Of a stretch of DNA of 64,000 bases, positions 11,883-22,527 are shown in pieces. Each line of letters begins with the position of its first letter. The stretch's first letter is position 1. Origin of the DNA: Planktothrix sp. GU0601_MAG3 (GTDB taxonomy: Bacteria > Cyanobacteriota > Cyanobacteriia > Cyanobacteriales > Microcoleaceae); NCBI GenBank assembly GCA_035193785.1, contig CP136572.1, positions 5,117,706 through 5,181,705 on the forward strand, written 5' to 3'. The position numbers and the translations under genes are program-made. The notes beneath the pieces were generated by a model. That model did not search any database, had not been told where the DNA came from, and saw only the letters and a list, made by a program, of their open reading frames with translations.

Positions 11883-12039
11883 TTCACGGGAAATGGGAAA
11901 TGGCCAATAATTTATTACAAAATATTAAGCTGTATTGCAAAGCGTCACAACTGAAGGGGGAAAAATGGTTTCCAGGTGGGTGTCTGTGATACCATCACTC
12001 AAGAATAAAAAGATCAAGATAGATATTGGGGGAAGACCT

Positions 12040-13264
12040 TTGACACTACGGGTTGCTGTTGTTGGTTCTGGCCCTGCGGGTGCTTCCGCGGCCGAGACGC
12101 TAGTTAAAGCAGGCATTGAAACCTACCTGTTTGAACGCAAGCTGGATAACGCCAAACCCTGTGGTGGGGCGATCCCGCTTTGTATGGTAAGTGAGTTCGA
12201 CCTACCGGCTCACGTTATTGATCGGCGGGTGAGAAAAATGAAAATGATCTCTCCCTCAAACCGTGAGGTCGATATTTTCATTGAAAAAGAAGAGGAATAT
12301 ATTGGGATGTGCCGTCGGGAAATTCTCGATGGGTTTATGCGCGATCGCGCCGTCTCTTTAGGAGCGATTTTAATAAATGGTACTGTTCATCAGTTAAAAA
12401 TTCCTCAAACCAATTCCGCGCCCTATGTGCTCCATTACCATGATCACAGCACGGCTGAGGATGGCGTAGGTACACCGAAAACCCTAGAGGTGGATGTGGT
12501 CATTGGGGCTGATGGGGCTAACTCCCGCATTGCTAAAGCCATTGATGCCGGGGATTATAATTATGCGATCGCTTTCCAAGAACGCATCCGCATTCCCGAA
12601 GATAAAATGGCCTATTATGAAGATCGGGCGGAAATGTATGTGGGTAACGATGTTTCCCCCGACTTCTACGCTTGGGTATTCCCCAAATACGACCATGTGG
12701 CCGTGGGAACCGGGACAATGAAACCCAACCAAGCCATGATCAAGCAATTGCAAGCGGGAATTCGCGCCCGGGCTGCCCACCGGATCGAAGGCGGTAAAAT
12801 TATCAAGGTGGAAGCTCACCCCATCCCTGAACATCCCCGTCCCCGTCGGGTAGTGGGACGAGTGGCTTTGGTGGGAGATGCCGCCGGGACAGTTACCAAG
12901 TCCTCTGGAGAAGGGATCTACTTCGCCGCTAAGTCGGGCCGGATGTGCGCCGAAACTATTGTGGAAACGCAGCAATAGCGGTCAACGCATTCCCACAGAG
13001 GCGGATCTGAAGGACTATATCAAACTCTGGGATAAGAAATATGGCATTACTTATCTGGTGTTAGATATTCTGCAACGGGTATTCTATCGGACGGACGCCA
13101 CCCGGGAAGCCTTTGTAGAAATGTGTTCGGATCGGGATGTGCAGAAGTTAACTTTTGATAGCTATTTGTACAAAACCGTTGTTCCAGCAAACCCTTTAAT
13201 TCAGATGAAAATTACTGCCAAAACCCTGGCAAGTTTGTTACGCGGCAATGCGTTAGCACCTTAA
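12040..13264 (+). CDS. chlP: Geranylgeranyl reductase; frameshift near 12968
   Basis: LRVAVVGSGPAG, AKPCGGAIPLCM, GDAAG, SGEGIYFA; TTG start at 12040. Confidence 0.95.
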
Positions 13265-13274
13265 TCAGTTATCA

Positions 13275-13326
13275 GTGCCATGGCGCGTCTGTACCAGCGT
13301 AGAGACGTGCCATGGCGCGTCTCTAC
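13275..13326. repeat. REP-like palindrome GTAGAGACG(C/T)GCCATGGCGCGTCTCTAC (one full, one partial copy)
   Basis: Near-perfect 28-bp palindrome; related copy at 42264-42291. Confidence 0.8.
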
Positions 13327-13356
13327 TGATAATTGATTATAAGGAGAAATTTAAGT

Positions 13357-14227
13357 ATGAGTTCAACAAACCCGTCTGAAACCCAACTGAATGCGACGGA
13401 TATTCTACAATTAGTACAACAGGAAAAAACAGCTACCTTGAGTCATTTAGTCTCGAGTGTTGTTCATGAAATTAATAATCCCTTGGGGTGTATTGCCGGA
13501 AATATTACTTATATTAAAGATTATGTTAAAGATTTGTTGAATTTAATTGAATTATATCAGGAACGTTATCCTGAGCCGGGGGATGAGATTAACGATGAAA
13601 TTGATTCTATTGATTTAGAGTATTTAATCGAAGATGTGCCGAAATTGTTAGCTGCGATGGAAAATGGGGCAGAACGGTTACATCAAATTAGTAATTCTTT
13701 ACGGACGTTTGGGCGGTTTGAAGGCGATCGTCAAGTCTTATTTAATATTCATGATGGCATTGATAGTGTGTTATTAATGTTAAAAAGTCGCTTCAAAGGC
13801 ACTAAAATCAGGTCTCCGATTGAAGTTGTTAAAAATTATGGGAATATTCCTGAAATTAATTGTTACCCGGGACATTTTAATCAAGCTTTATCCTATTTAA
13901 TTAATCATGGGATTAACTCCCTAGATAAAAAAGCAGAAGCTCACCCTAGCGATCCTGAATTTAAACCCACAATTACCATTAAAACCGACTTAAACCAAGA
14001 TTCTATGGTTTTATCAATTCAAGATAATAGTTTGGGAATATCTGAGGATGTTCAAAATGCAATTTTTGAGGATTTATTAATTACAAAACCTGTATTACAA
14101 GGAAGTGGAATTGGTTTATCGGTGAGTCGTCAGATTATTGAAGATCGGCATCAAGGCAAAATTATCTGTCGGTCATCGGTGGGAAACTGGAACAGAATTT
14201 ATCATTGAACTTCCTCTGTCTCCATGA
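13357..14227 (+). CDS. Histidine kinase without sensor domain (HisKA + HATPase_c); frameshift near 14185
   Basis: VHEINNPLG H-box, IQDNSLGI, GSGIGLSVS; C-terminus GTEFIIELP in another frame. Confidence 0.88.
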
Positions 14228-14257
14228 GTTAATAATAGATTGACAAAATTTTAGGAC

Positions 14258-14560
14258 TTGAAAATGACTCAAAACCTGCGTGTTGTTGCTCGTGTTGTGG
14301 CGTTACCGAATCAGGTAGAAGCGTTAAAATCGGTATTAATAGGGTTAGTTGAACCGACTCGCCAGGAAGCAGGTTGTTTACAATATGATTTATTACAAAA
14401 TCAAGCAGATCCAACGGATTTTACCTTTGTAGAAACATGGGAAAGTTTAGAGCATTTACAAACCCATTTAGCAAGTGTTCACCTTCAAGCTGCTGCAATT
14501 GCAATTAAGGATTTAGTCGCTAGTCCGGCGGATATTCGGTGTTATGATCGGATTTTATAG
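14258..14560 (+). CDS. Antibiotic biosynthesis monooxygenase (ABM) family protein
   Basis: TRQEAGCLQYDLLQ...FTFVETWES...H..S.H. Confidence 0.85.
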   Translation: MKMTQNLRVVARVVALPNQVEALKSVLIGLVEPTRQEAGCLQYDLLQNQADPTDFTFVETWESLEHLQTHLASVHLQAAAIAIKDLVASPADIRCYDRIL

Positions 14561-14687
14561 GGTTTAATTGTTGAGATTAAAAATAGGATTTAAGTCTAAA
14601 ATAAAACCCTTTAAAATATTTTCTTTCTGATAATTGAGAAGGGTTTTATAGGATTTATACAGTTTTTTTAATCCGTTCTTAAGATTA

Positions 14688-15992
14688 TTATTCTGATAAA
14701 TTAAGTTTTTTATTATGACAAACAACTCCCCAAATTCCTGATAAGATTATCCAATTCAAGGTATTTACTCTAAAATCAAATAAACTGACATCAAAACAGT
14801 TAAACAAAATTAATCCGAAAAACGTGATTAAATAGCTATAATAAATTAATCGCTCTGAAGGATTAGTTAGGCGATTATTTAATAATAAAAATCCTTGACT
14901 TAAAATCCAACCTATTATTCCCATAAAAAATAGTGCTGTAGGGATGCCAATTTCAGCAAACAGCATTAAAAATAAATTATGGGGATGACCTAACCAAACG
15001 TTCATTTTAGCTTCATATAGGGGCGTAAAATTTCTTAATCCCCATCCGGTTAAGGGGCGAGTTTGGGCTAAATTTAGGGCAAATTTCCATTGGGTAATTC
15101 TGAGGGTTTCTACCGGACGCACAAAATTTTCATCGGTAATTCTTTGCCAAAAATAAGCGGGGATAATCATTCTTAACCCTTCTTTAATAGGAGAGGGTGC
15201 AAAAGCTGACCCAAAAACGGCCGTTACTCCTGTTGTTACTAATAAGATTAACCACCACCATCTCAAATATAAAGCATAGGCTAAACTTGATAAAACTGCC
15301 AATCCCCAAGCATTACGAGAGTTAGTTAAAATTAAGTCAATTGCTGTTAATAATAGTGTGATAATTAAGAGTGTGATTTTCTGGTTTTTATTCAGAATAT
15401 AACTATCATCATTCTGGGATTTATTTTGCCATTCTTCAATTAATAATCCTAGGGTTAATGTAAAAATAATTACTAGATATACTGCCAAAATATTAGCATA
15501 CATAAATACCGAGGACATTCGACCGACTGGGTTGCCATTTAGTTGTAAACTCCAGCCTAAAATTCCCTGTAAAATATCAATTCCCGACCAGCTTAAATAT
15601 TGTTGTCCTAGTCCCAAAATTGTCACGGGAATAGCACCGAATATCATTAACCATGATAACCGTCGCAATTGACTAGGGGTTTGGATAATTTCACTTAACC
15701 CCGCAAATGCAATAAAATAGGGAATAAAATTATTTAAACCGATTAAAGATTCAATAGAATTATCTGCTAAAATAGAAATAATAACTAATAAAATACTAAC
15801 GATAGCTAACCCTTGATTAATCGGATTTTTCCGAATAAATTGAAACCGTCGTTGATAACTAAAAATCATCCCTAAAAAAATAGAAATGCTACCAAATATT
15901 GGTAAAATAGGAAATAAAAACACCCCCCATTGTAAACAATTCCAAGGTAACTGTAATCGCCGTTCTGGGTGGGGTAAAAGTATGGATTGCAT
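14688..15992 (-). CDS. O-antigen ligase family membrane protein
   Basis: Multi-TM; LTNSRNAW, R...W, PLTGWG, HPHNLFLMLFAEIG. Confidence 0.85.
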   Translation of the reverse strand: MQSILLPHPERRLQLPWNCLQWGVFLFPILPIFGSISIFLGMIFSYQRRFQFIRKNPINQGLAIVSILLVIISILADNSIESLIGLNNFIPYFIAFAGLSEIIQTPSQLRRLSWLMIFGAIPVTILGLGQQYLSWSGIDILQGILGWSLQLNGNPVGRMSSVFMYANILAVYLVIIFTLTLGLLIEEWQNKSQNDDSYILNKNQKITLLIITLLLTAIDLILTNSRNAWGLAVLSSLAYALYLRWWWLILLVTTGVTAVFGSAFAPSPIKEGLRMIIPAYFWQRITDENFVRPVETLRITQWKFALNLAQTRPLTGWGLRNFTPLYEAKMNVWLGHPHNLFLMLFAEIGIPTALFFMGIIGWILSQGFLLLNNRLTNPSERLIYYSYLITFFGLILFNCFDVSLFDFRVNTLNWIILSGIWGVVCHNKKLNLSE

Positions 15993-16026
15993 GGGTTAAA
16001 ATCGGTCAAAAAACCTGAAGTCAGTA

Positions 16027-16885
16027 TTAAGAATAAGCCAAATCTGAACGGGTTAAACGAATTTGTGCTAAAGTAAATATGGTAGGAATAATCCTGGCAT
16101 AATTAGTAGAAATAGCTCGCCATCCTAAGTCAGCCACTAACCACGTCCATAATAACGGCCCCAGGAAAGAAAATACACTGCGGGTTAACCCATATTTAGC
16201 TGCCGTAACCGCCATTCCTCGATTTGCGGCTCGAATTGCTACATGATTTTGAAATTGAGTTGCCGCGGTTGCGCCTCCTTGAATTAAGGCTTCTTTTGCT
16301 ACTTGATATTTAGCAAAATGTAAGGCGAATTGACCAGCTATTTGTCCTAAAATTATCGGTCGAATAACAGAATTAACGGCTACCAAACTTCCAGCTTTAA
16401 ATAACCATCCTAACGGATCTTTTTGGGCAGAAATTGGTAAGGGTTGTAAAGGTTTTGTTTCAGTTAATGCTTTTTGAACTTTTTGGGTGAGGTTAGTTTG
16501 TTTCTGACTGGGGTAAACGTTTCCAGGCTTGACCTAAAAGATGCAAAAAAACCTCCGCTTCTAAATCAGAAGTTGACAGGCTTTTTGAATAGGAAATTCT
16601 CAAATAATGACAGACTTGAATTAAGGCTTGGCGGTAAGTCACCTGTTGAGTTTTTCCCCGTAAAACCGTCACCCCATCGGCGGCCAGATAGCGAAAACGC
16701 TGTTCTAAAGCGTCTAACCAGGCTTCCCGGTCTCGACTTTGAACGTCGATGGGGGTGGGGGTTTTTACATAGTCTAAAGGGTTCAAACCCCGACTAAATA
16801 AGAGTTCCGTTAACTGTTCTAACTCATCTTCTGTTGCCAGTTCTAATCCAGATCTAAGTTCGTCCAATGTTGATATCCTCCTCAA
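16027..16885 (-). CDS. YaaW-like conserved protein; frameshift near 16495
   Basis: LELATEDELEQLTELLF, RFRYLAADG, DLGWRAISTNYARIIP across two ORFs. Confidence 0.75.
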
Positions 16886-16972
16886 TTGGGAGTTCTTTCA
16901 TTTACTATTTTACTACAATTTAGGAAAATTTGTTATTCTTGAAGTTATCCATAATCCCTGTTTGTCCTCCTG

Positions 16973-18976
16973 TCAATTAAAGTTACTATTTCTAATATTA
17001 CCTGAAGGAATAGAAGCAATTAATTGGCGAGTATAGGCTTGTTTGGGATGGCGATAAATTTCTTCGGCGGTTCCGATTTCTTCGATTTTTCCTTGATTCA
17101 TCACAATAATGCGATCGCTCATAAATTTAACCACACTTAAATCATGGGAAATAAAAATATAAGTCAGATTAAATTCCGATTGTAACTCTTTTAATAGGTT
17201 CAAAACCTGCGCCTGTACCGACACATCCAGGGCGGAAACTGATTCATCACAAATAATAAATTTAGGATTTAATGCTAAAGCTCTAGCAATACAAATCCGT
17301 TGTCTTTGTCCCCCGGAAAATTCATGGGGATAACGGCGCATCAAATCAGGATTTAATCCGACTCTTTCTAATAAATAAGCCACGCGATCGCATTTTTCCT
17401 TAAAATTATTTCCCACTTGATGAATAATTAAAGGTTCCATTACCGCGTCCCCAATGCTGATTCTAGGGTCAAGGGAACTAAAGGGATCTTGAAAAATAAT
17501 CTGCATATTCCGTCGCACCGGACGTATTTTCTGATTGAATTGTTGTTGATTTCGATAATTTTTAATTCCACTGAATAGAGTTGTTTCTAAATAGGGTGCG
17601 GTAATATCCTGACCATCAAATAATACCTGACCACTCAAGGGCTTAATTAGTTGTAAAATTGCTCTGGCTAGGGTACTTTTTCCACAGCCTGATTCTCCCA
17701 CTAATCCTAGGGTTTCCCCTGGATAAACCTCAAAAGAAACATCATTAACCGCCATAAATAACCGTTTAGTTTGAGCCAATATTCCGGGTATTTTAAAAGC
17801 GACTCTTAAATTTTTAACAGATAAGATTGAATTTTCTGAGGATGAACTTAATCCAAAAGATTGAGATTTTAAAGCACTATTAGAAATATTATTATAAATT
17901 TTATTAATTTCTGACTGAGGTTTTTCTCTAATTTCTTTTTCCCCATTTTCTAAGGTAACAACCTCCATAAAATCCGCCACCGTTGGTAATCGTACCGCCG
18001 GGTTATCTAAGGTGGGACGACAGGCTAATAATCCTTTGGTATAGGGATTTTTGGGGGCTGTAAAAATTTGCTGAATAGTTCCTGATTCAACTATTTTTCC
18101 TTGGAACATTACCGCCACTTGGTCAGCAATTTGAGCGATAATTCCCAAATCATGGGTAATAAAAATCATCGCCATTCCCCGATATTCTTGTAACTCTTGA
18201 AGTAAGTCTAATATTGTGGCTTGTACCGTCACATCTAAGGCTGTTGTCGGTTCGTCCGCAATTAATAATATCGGGTTACAAGAAATCGCCATAGCAATCA
18301 TTACCCGTTGCAATTGTCCCCCCGATAATTCATGGGGATAGCGATCTAACATAGCTCGTTTTTGAGCATTAACTTGTTGAATTACTTCTCTTTTTCTGGT
18401 GCGTTTATCTTGTAATTCCTGGGGAGAAAGGGATGTTGATTGATGATTTTGTGCTTCTAATGCTTGCTGCATTAATTGATCATCACTAGGGAGTAATTTT
18501 ACTTCCTGTAATAAGGATGCAGCTTTCCACATCGCCTGTTTCGGGGATATTTGTTGATGCTGAATAATAGCTTCTGTCAACTGAAAACCAATGGTAAATA
18601 CGGGGTTAAGAGAGGTCATAGGTTCCTGAAAAATCATGGAAATTCGACCGCCGCGATAGGTTTGTTTTTGAGTTGATGATAGTTGTAATAAATTAACAGG
18701 TTGGGAATAGGGGTTATAGTCTTCAGATTCAGGAATTTGAAACCAAACTTCTCCGCCAACTTGAGTAGTTTCGGTCGAAATTAATCCCATAATTGCTAAT
18801 GCTGTCACGGATTTTCCTGAACCGGACTCGCCCACAATTCCCAGGGTTTGTCCCCGTCCAACCTGGAAAGAAATACCATCAACGGCGGTAAGCGTCCGTT
18901 CGTCGGTTTCAAACTCAACCCGCAGATTATTCACGTTCAGGACAGGATATTGCATGGAAGTTACCCTTTTGATCAA
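16973..18976 (-). CDS. Peptide/nickel-type ABC transporter ATP-binding protein with two ATPase domains
   Basis: GESGSGKS and GESGCGKS Walker A; YPHELSGGQ and YPHEFSGGQ signatures. Confidence 0.93.
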   Translation of the reverse strand: MIKRVTSMQYPVLNVNNLRVEFETDERTLTAVDGISFQVGRGQTLGIVGESGSGKSVTALAIMGLISTETTQVGGEVWFQIPESEDYNPYSQPVNLLQLSSTQKQTYRGGRISMIFQEPMTSLNPVFTIGFQLTEAIIQHQQISPKQAMWKAASLLQEVKLLPSDDQLMQQALEAQNHQSTSLSPQELQDKRTRKREVIQQVNAQKRAMLDRYPHELSGGQLQRVMIAMAISCNPILLIADEPTTALDVTVQATILDLLQELQEYRGMAMIFITHDLGIIAQIADQVAVMFQGKIVESGTIQQIFTAPKNPYTKGLLACRPTLDNPAVRLPTVADFMEVVTLENGEKEIREKPQSEINKIYNNISNSALKSQSFGLSSSSENSILSVKNLRVAFKIPGILAQTKRLFMAVNDVSFEVYPGETLGLVGESGCGKSTLARAILQLIKPLSGQVLFDGQDITAPYLETTLFSGIKNYRNQQQFNQKIRPVRRNMQIIFQDPFSSLDPRISIGDAVMEPLIIHQVGNNFKEKCDRVAYLLERVGLNPDLMRRYPHEFSGGQRQRICIARALALNPKFIICDESVSALDVSVQAQVLNLLKELQSEFNLTYIFISHDLSVVKFMSDRIIVMNQGKIEEIGTAEEIYRHPKQAYTRQLIASIPSGNIRNSNFN

Positions 18977-19133
18977 TTCTATTCTTGAATCAATTTAACA
19001 GAAGATGGGGAAATAGGGGATAGAATGGCGTCGCACTAACCCGAAAGGATGGCATCAATGCTAAAATAGGAATATATCTACTTTACCTAATTATGAATAT
19101 TATATGAGGCAGATTGAAAGTATTACAATTCAT

Positions 19134-19180
19134 CAATAATATGCAGTAATTCGCTATAAAAACTTTTGTCCAGAGTATTG
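19134..19180 (-). pseudogene. 47-bp remnant of a third Type IIG RM gene copy (NTLDKSFYSELLHII)
   Basis: Near-identical to about 22317-22363. Confidence 0.65.
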
Positions 19181-19293
19181 ATAATGCAAACCTCTATACG
19201 TCCTCCTGATAAAGAACTTAAAAGTATTATTCAGGAAATTTTGGATGATTAAAAAGAGATAATAAAGATTAAGTCTTTAGTGGATAATCTTTT

Positions 19294-22200
19294 TTAAGTT
19301 TTACCCTCAACTATTTTAATTTCTGCTTCTGTTAACCCATATAATTCATAAACCAGTTGGTCGATTTGTTGTTCTAAGCTATTATTTATTGAAGTCTCAT
19401 TTATTAATTTTGATGCTAAGTTTATCAGTTCATTTTGCTGTTTATCTGTGGGATGTAGGGGAATAGATAGGGGTTCTAAATATTTCGTTTTAAAGCGAGA
19501 ATAACCTCCTCGAATAATATTACCTGTATTTGATAAGAAAAACCAAATTAGTCGGGAATTAAGAATCGCTAAAAAATACTCGATTGCTAAATGTACATCA
19601 GTTTTTAAGATTAATGCGTAGGTTGTGTCATTATGAAAATAGTTTCCTTCCCTATCTAAACTCATTTTTGTCCCCAAACAGATATCAGGAGTTAGAATTT
19701 TAGGACTATTTAAGTTAATGATTTGACGAGAATTCCATAGCGCATACCAAGCTGGATATTTCATTTTTGAACTTCCTCGCATTGATAATCTTTTTTTGTG
19801 AATTTTTAAATATTGATAGGTCAAGGGATAATCTTCAACTAACTGTTTTTCTGGTATTAACATAGTCCGATTATTTAATAAATAATAGGGATAAATTATA
19901 TAAAGATCAGAATTTTTGTTTTTCCATTTTTCTATGTTTTTTCCGGTTAGCAAAGGTTTACATATTTGTTTTTCTAGTTTAACCTGATTATTGAGTGCTT
20001 TAGAATAGCCTAGAATATGTGCTTCTAATTCAATACAATTATACAAATAAAATATATCATTATCCCCTGAGATAATTCCTTGAAAAATCCCCTTAAATAT
20101 TGAGTTAATGGGTTCACCTTTGGTTTTAACACAATCAATAATTTGATGAATTTTAGAATTGCTTAAATTCCATGGATTTTGATTTAATTCTCCGTACATA
20201 AGTCTATTAAACTTTAAATATTCTCCATATTTAATCATTTCAGGATGAATTTTTATAAATTCTAGTTGTGAATTATTGCGGGAGAAAAAGCTAATACAAG
20301 TATAAGTTGTTGCATCTTCAAAAACCTTATGATCCTCAAAATGAATAATTTTATTAACAAACTGATTCTGTTTTAAATATTCTCTTGTATTAGTAGCAAA
20401 GTCAGCAACTAAATATTTATGGGGAAGAATATATGCAGAATAGGAGGATTTTTTTGTAATTTGATTTAGAAGTTCAATAAACAGTACATAGATATCATAT
20501 TTCCCCTTAGCTGTAAAATAGTGATGGTTATAAAATTCTTTATTAGAAACTTCTTTAAATCCCATATAAGGCGGATTTCCTATCACAACATCAAAACCAA
20601 TAAACTTTCCTTCATCATCCAAAATTTCAGGAAACTCAAACCGCCATTCAAAAGCATGATCATAAATTTTACCACTTTCGATTTCCTCAATTTCTACCCT
20701 TAACTTATCAATCTCATTATTTAACTTAATAACTTTCTTCTCCCGCGCTTTTTGTTCGGTTTTAGTTTCCTCAAATAGCGAAAGTTGATGCTCTAAATTA
20801 TAAACTTCTCCCTCTAACTGTCTTAACTTCGTTTTCTTGGGGTCAATTCCTTGAAGTGTGGTTTTAAAATTACTTTTAATACTATTAATTAACCTTTCCA
20901 TATCCCGCTTTTGCTGTTTATTCTCCGCATGGCGATAGGTCTGGACAGCATTTTGATAGGTTTTAATATCAATACCACTTTTCTTTAACGCTGGTTTTAA
21001 ATCCGCATCCAAGGGAAAACGACTAATTAAAGAATTACCGCACTTGATATTAATATCAATATTCGGTAGGGTTTTCAATTCGCTGTAATCACTATTTTTA
21101 TAATAGGCATTTTTTAGTAATTCTATCCCTAACCGTAACTGACATATTTTAACCGAGTTGGGGTTAATATCCACACCAAATAGGCAATTTTCGATAATCG
21201 TTTGTTTTTCGTGAAATAGAGTTTCTTGGAGGCGTTGACTTTCTGGGTTTTGGGGAATATAGCTAAATAATTTATGCTCTTTATCCCTGATTATTAAGTG
21301 ATCATTTTCTACCCTGATTTGATATTCTTTTAATCGTTTTCCAGTTTGATACTGTAGGATATTCAGATCATTTTTAATTGCAATAATTTCATTTAAAGCT
21401 GACACCAAAAAATGTCCCGAACCCACCGCCGGGTCACAAATTTTTAGACTATTAATAATTTGATTTGCTTCGTTTCTATCTTCTATTTTATCATATAAAT
21501 CATCCAGATTTTGACAATTCCAACCTTTAATTTCATTAAATTTCTGGACAACTGCTTTCCGTAAGGTTTCCCGACACATATACATGGTAATAAAACCCGG
21601 GGTAAAATATGACCCGTCTTGATAACCGTTAATTTTCTCAAAAATTAGTCCTAAAACCGAAGCGTTAATTAGGGTTTTCTGATCTTCTTGAATACCTTCT
21701 AAACCTTCGCTACTAAAATCATAAGCGTCGAGAAACTCAAATAAATATTGTAGGGTATTCAGTTCTCCGGTGCGTTTATTTCCGTTATGATCTTTTAAAA
21801 TAGTTGTTGAACAAATCGGAAGTTTTTTGGTTCCCAGGTCACTAATAACTAGGGTTTGATCTTCTAATTCCGTTGGTTCAAATAGGGAACTATTCAGATA
21901 GGGAATATGGGCAAAAATTGTTTTTACGTCTTCCTGGCGTTGATTTTGTTTAACTGATAATACCTGAAAAAATAGACGGTTTAAATTATAGAAGTTATAG
22001 ATTTTGTCTGAATTTAGAAAGGCAAAATTGCGATAGGCTCCGCCTCGACATTCGCCCTTATGATAAGTTATTAATTGAGATTCTAATAATTTCAAGAATA
22101 AAATCCGGTTTATCCAAGTAATTGATAGCTCTAAAGCAATATTAAAAACCTGTTCGGATGCAGTTTCTCCAAATTGTTCGGGTTTTTCTAGTCGGGAAAT

Positions 22201-22416
22201 TTTATCTAAACTATTCAGTTTTGAAATAGCATTTTCTAGCAGTGAACCCGGATTTCTTTGTGCTTTGGGTTGACGTTTGATCAGTTTTTTATTCTTTTCT
22301 TTGATTTCGGTTAAACCAATAATATGCAGTAATTCACTATAAAAACTTTTGTCGAGAGTATTGCTATCTTTATTTAAGGTTTCTCTAGGTTGTCTTTGGT
22401 TATTTTTCATAGTCAA
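19294..22416 (-). CDS. Type IIG RM-derived N6-adenine methyltransferase + TRD lacking the N-terminal nuclease domain
   Basis: CDPAVGSGHF (motif I), DVVIGNPPY (motif IV), TaqI-like C-terminal TRD; the nuclease region of the neighbouring copy is absent. Confidence 0.88.
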   Translation of the reverse strand: MTMKNNQRQPRETLNKDSNTLDKSFYSELLHIIGLTEIKEKNKKLIKRQPKAQRNPGSLLENAISKLNSLDKISRLEKPEQFGETASEQVFNIALELSITWINRILFLKLLESQLITYHKGECRGGAYRNFAFLNSDKIYNFYNLNRLFFQVLSVKQNQRQEDVKTIFAHIPYLNSSLFEPTELEDQTLVISDLGTKKLPICSTTILKDHNGNKRTGELNTLQYLFEFLDAYDFSSEGLEGIQEDQKTLINASVLGLIFEKINGYQDGSYFTPGFITMYMCRETLRKAVVQKFNEIKGWNCQNLDDLYDKIEDRNEANQIINSLKICDPAVGSGHFLVSALNEIIAIKNDLNILQYQTGKRLKEYQIRVENDHLIIRDKEHKLFSYIPQNPESQRLQETLFHEKQTIIENCLFGVDINPNSVKICQLRLGIELLKNAYYKNSDYSELKTLPNIDINIKCGNSLISRFPLDADLKPALKKSGIDIKTYQNAVQTYRHAENKQQKRDMERLINSIKSNFKTTLQGIDPKKTKLRQLEGEVYNLEHQLSLFEETKTEQKAREKKVIKLNNEIDKLRVEIEEIESGKIYDHAFEWRFEFPEILDDEGKFIGFDVVIGNPPYMGFKEVSNKEFYNHHYFTAKGKYDIYVLFIELLNQITKKSSYSAYILPHKYLVADFATNTREYLKQNQFVNKIIHFEDHKVFEDATTYTCISFFSRNNSQLEFIKIHPEMIKYGEYLKFNRLMYGELNQNPWNLSNSKIHQIIDCVKTKGEPINSIFKGIFQGIISGDNDIFYLYNCIELEAHILGYSKALNNQVKLEKQICKPLLTGKNIEKWKNKNSDLYIIYPYYLLNNRTMLIPEKQLVEDYPLTYQYLKIHKKRLSMRGSSKMKYPAWYALWNSRQIINLNSPKILTPDICLGTKMSLDREGNYFHNDTTYALILKTDVHLAIEYFLAILNSRLIWFFLSNTGNIIRGGYSRFKTKYLEPLSIPLHPTDKQQNELINLASKLINETSINNSLEQQIDQLVYELYGLTEAEIKIVEGKT

Positions 22417-22527
22417 AATTACCAGAAATACGGGTTAAAGAAAGTACAAATAGGGAAACACAAAGACACTAAGACACTAAGAAATGAAGATTATCAAGGG
22501 TAAATAAGGGGAAGTGAATAATATTTT

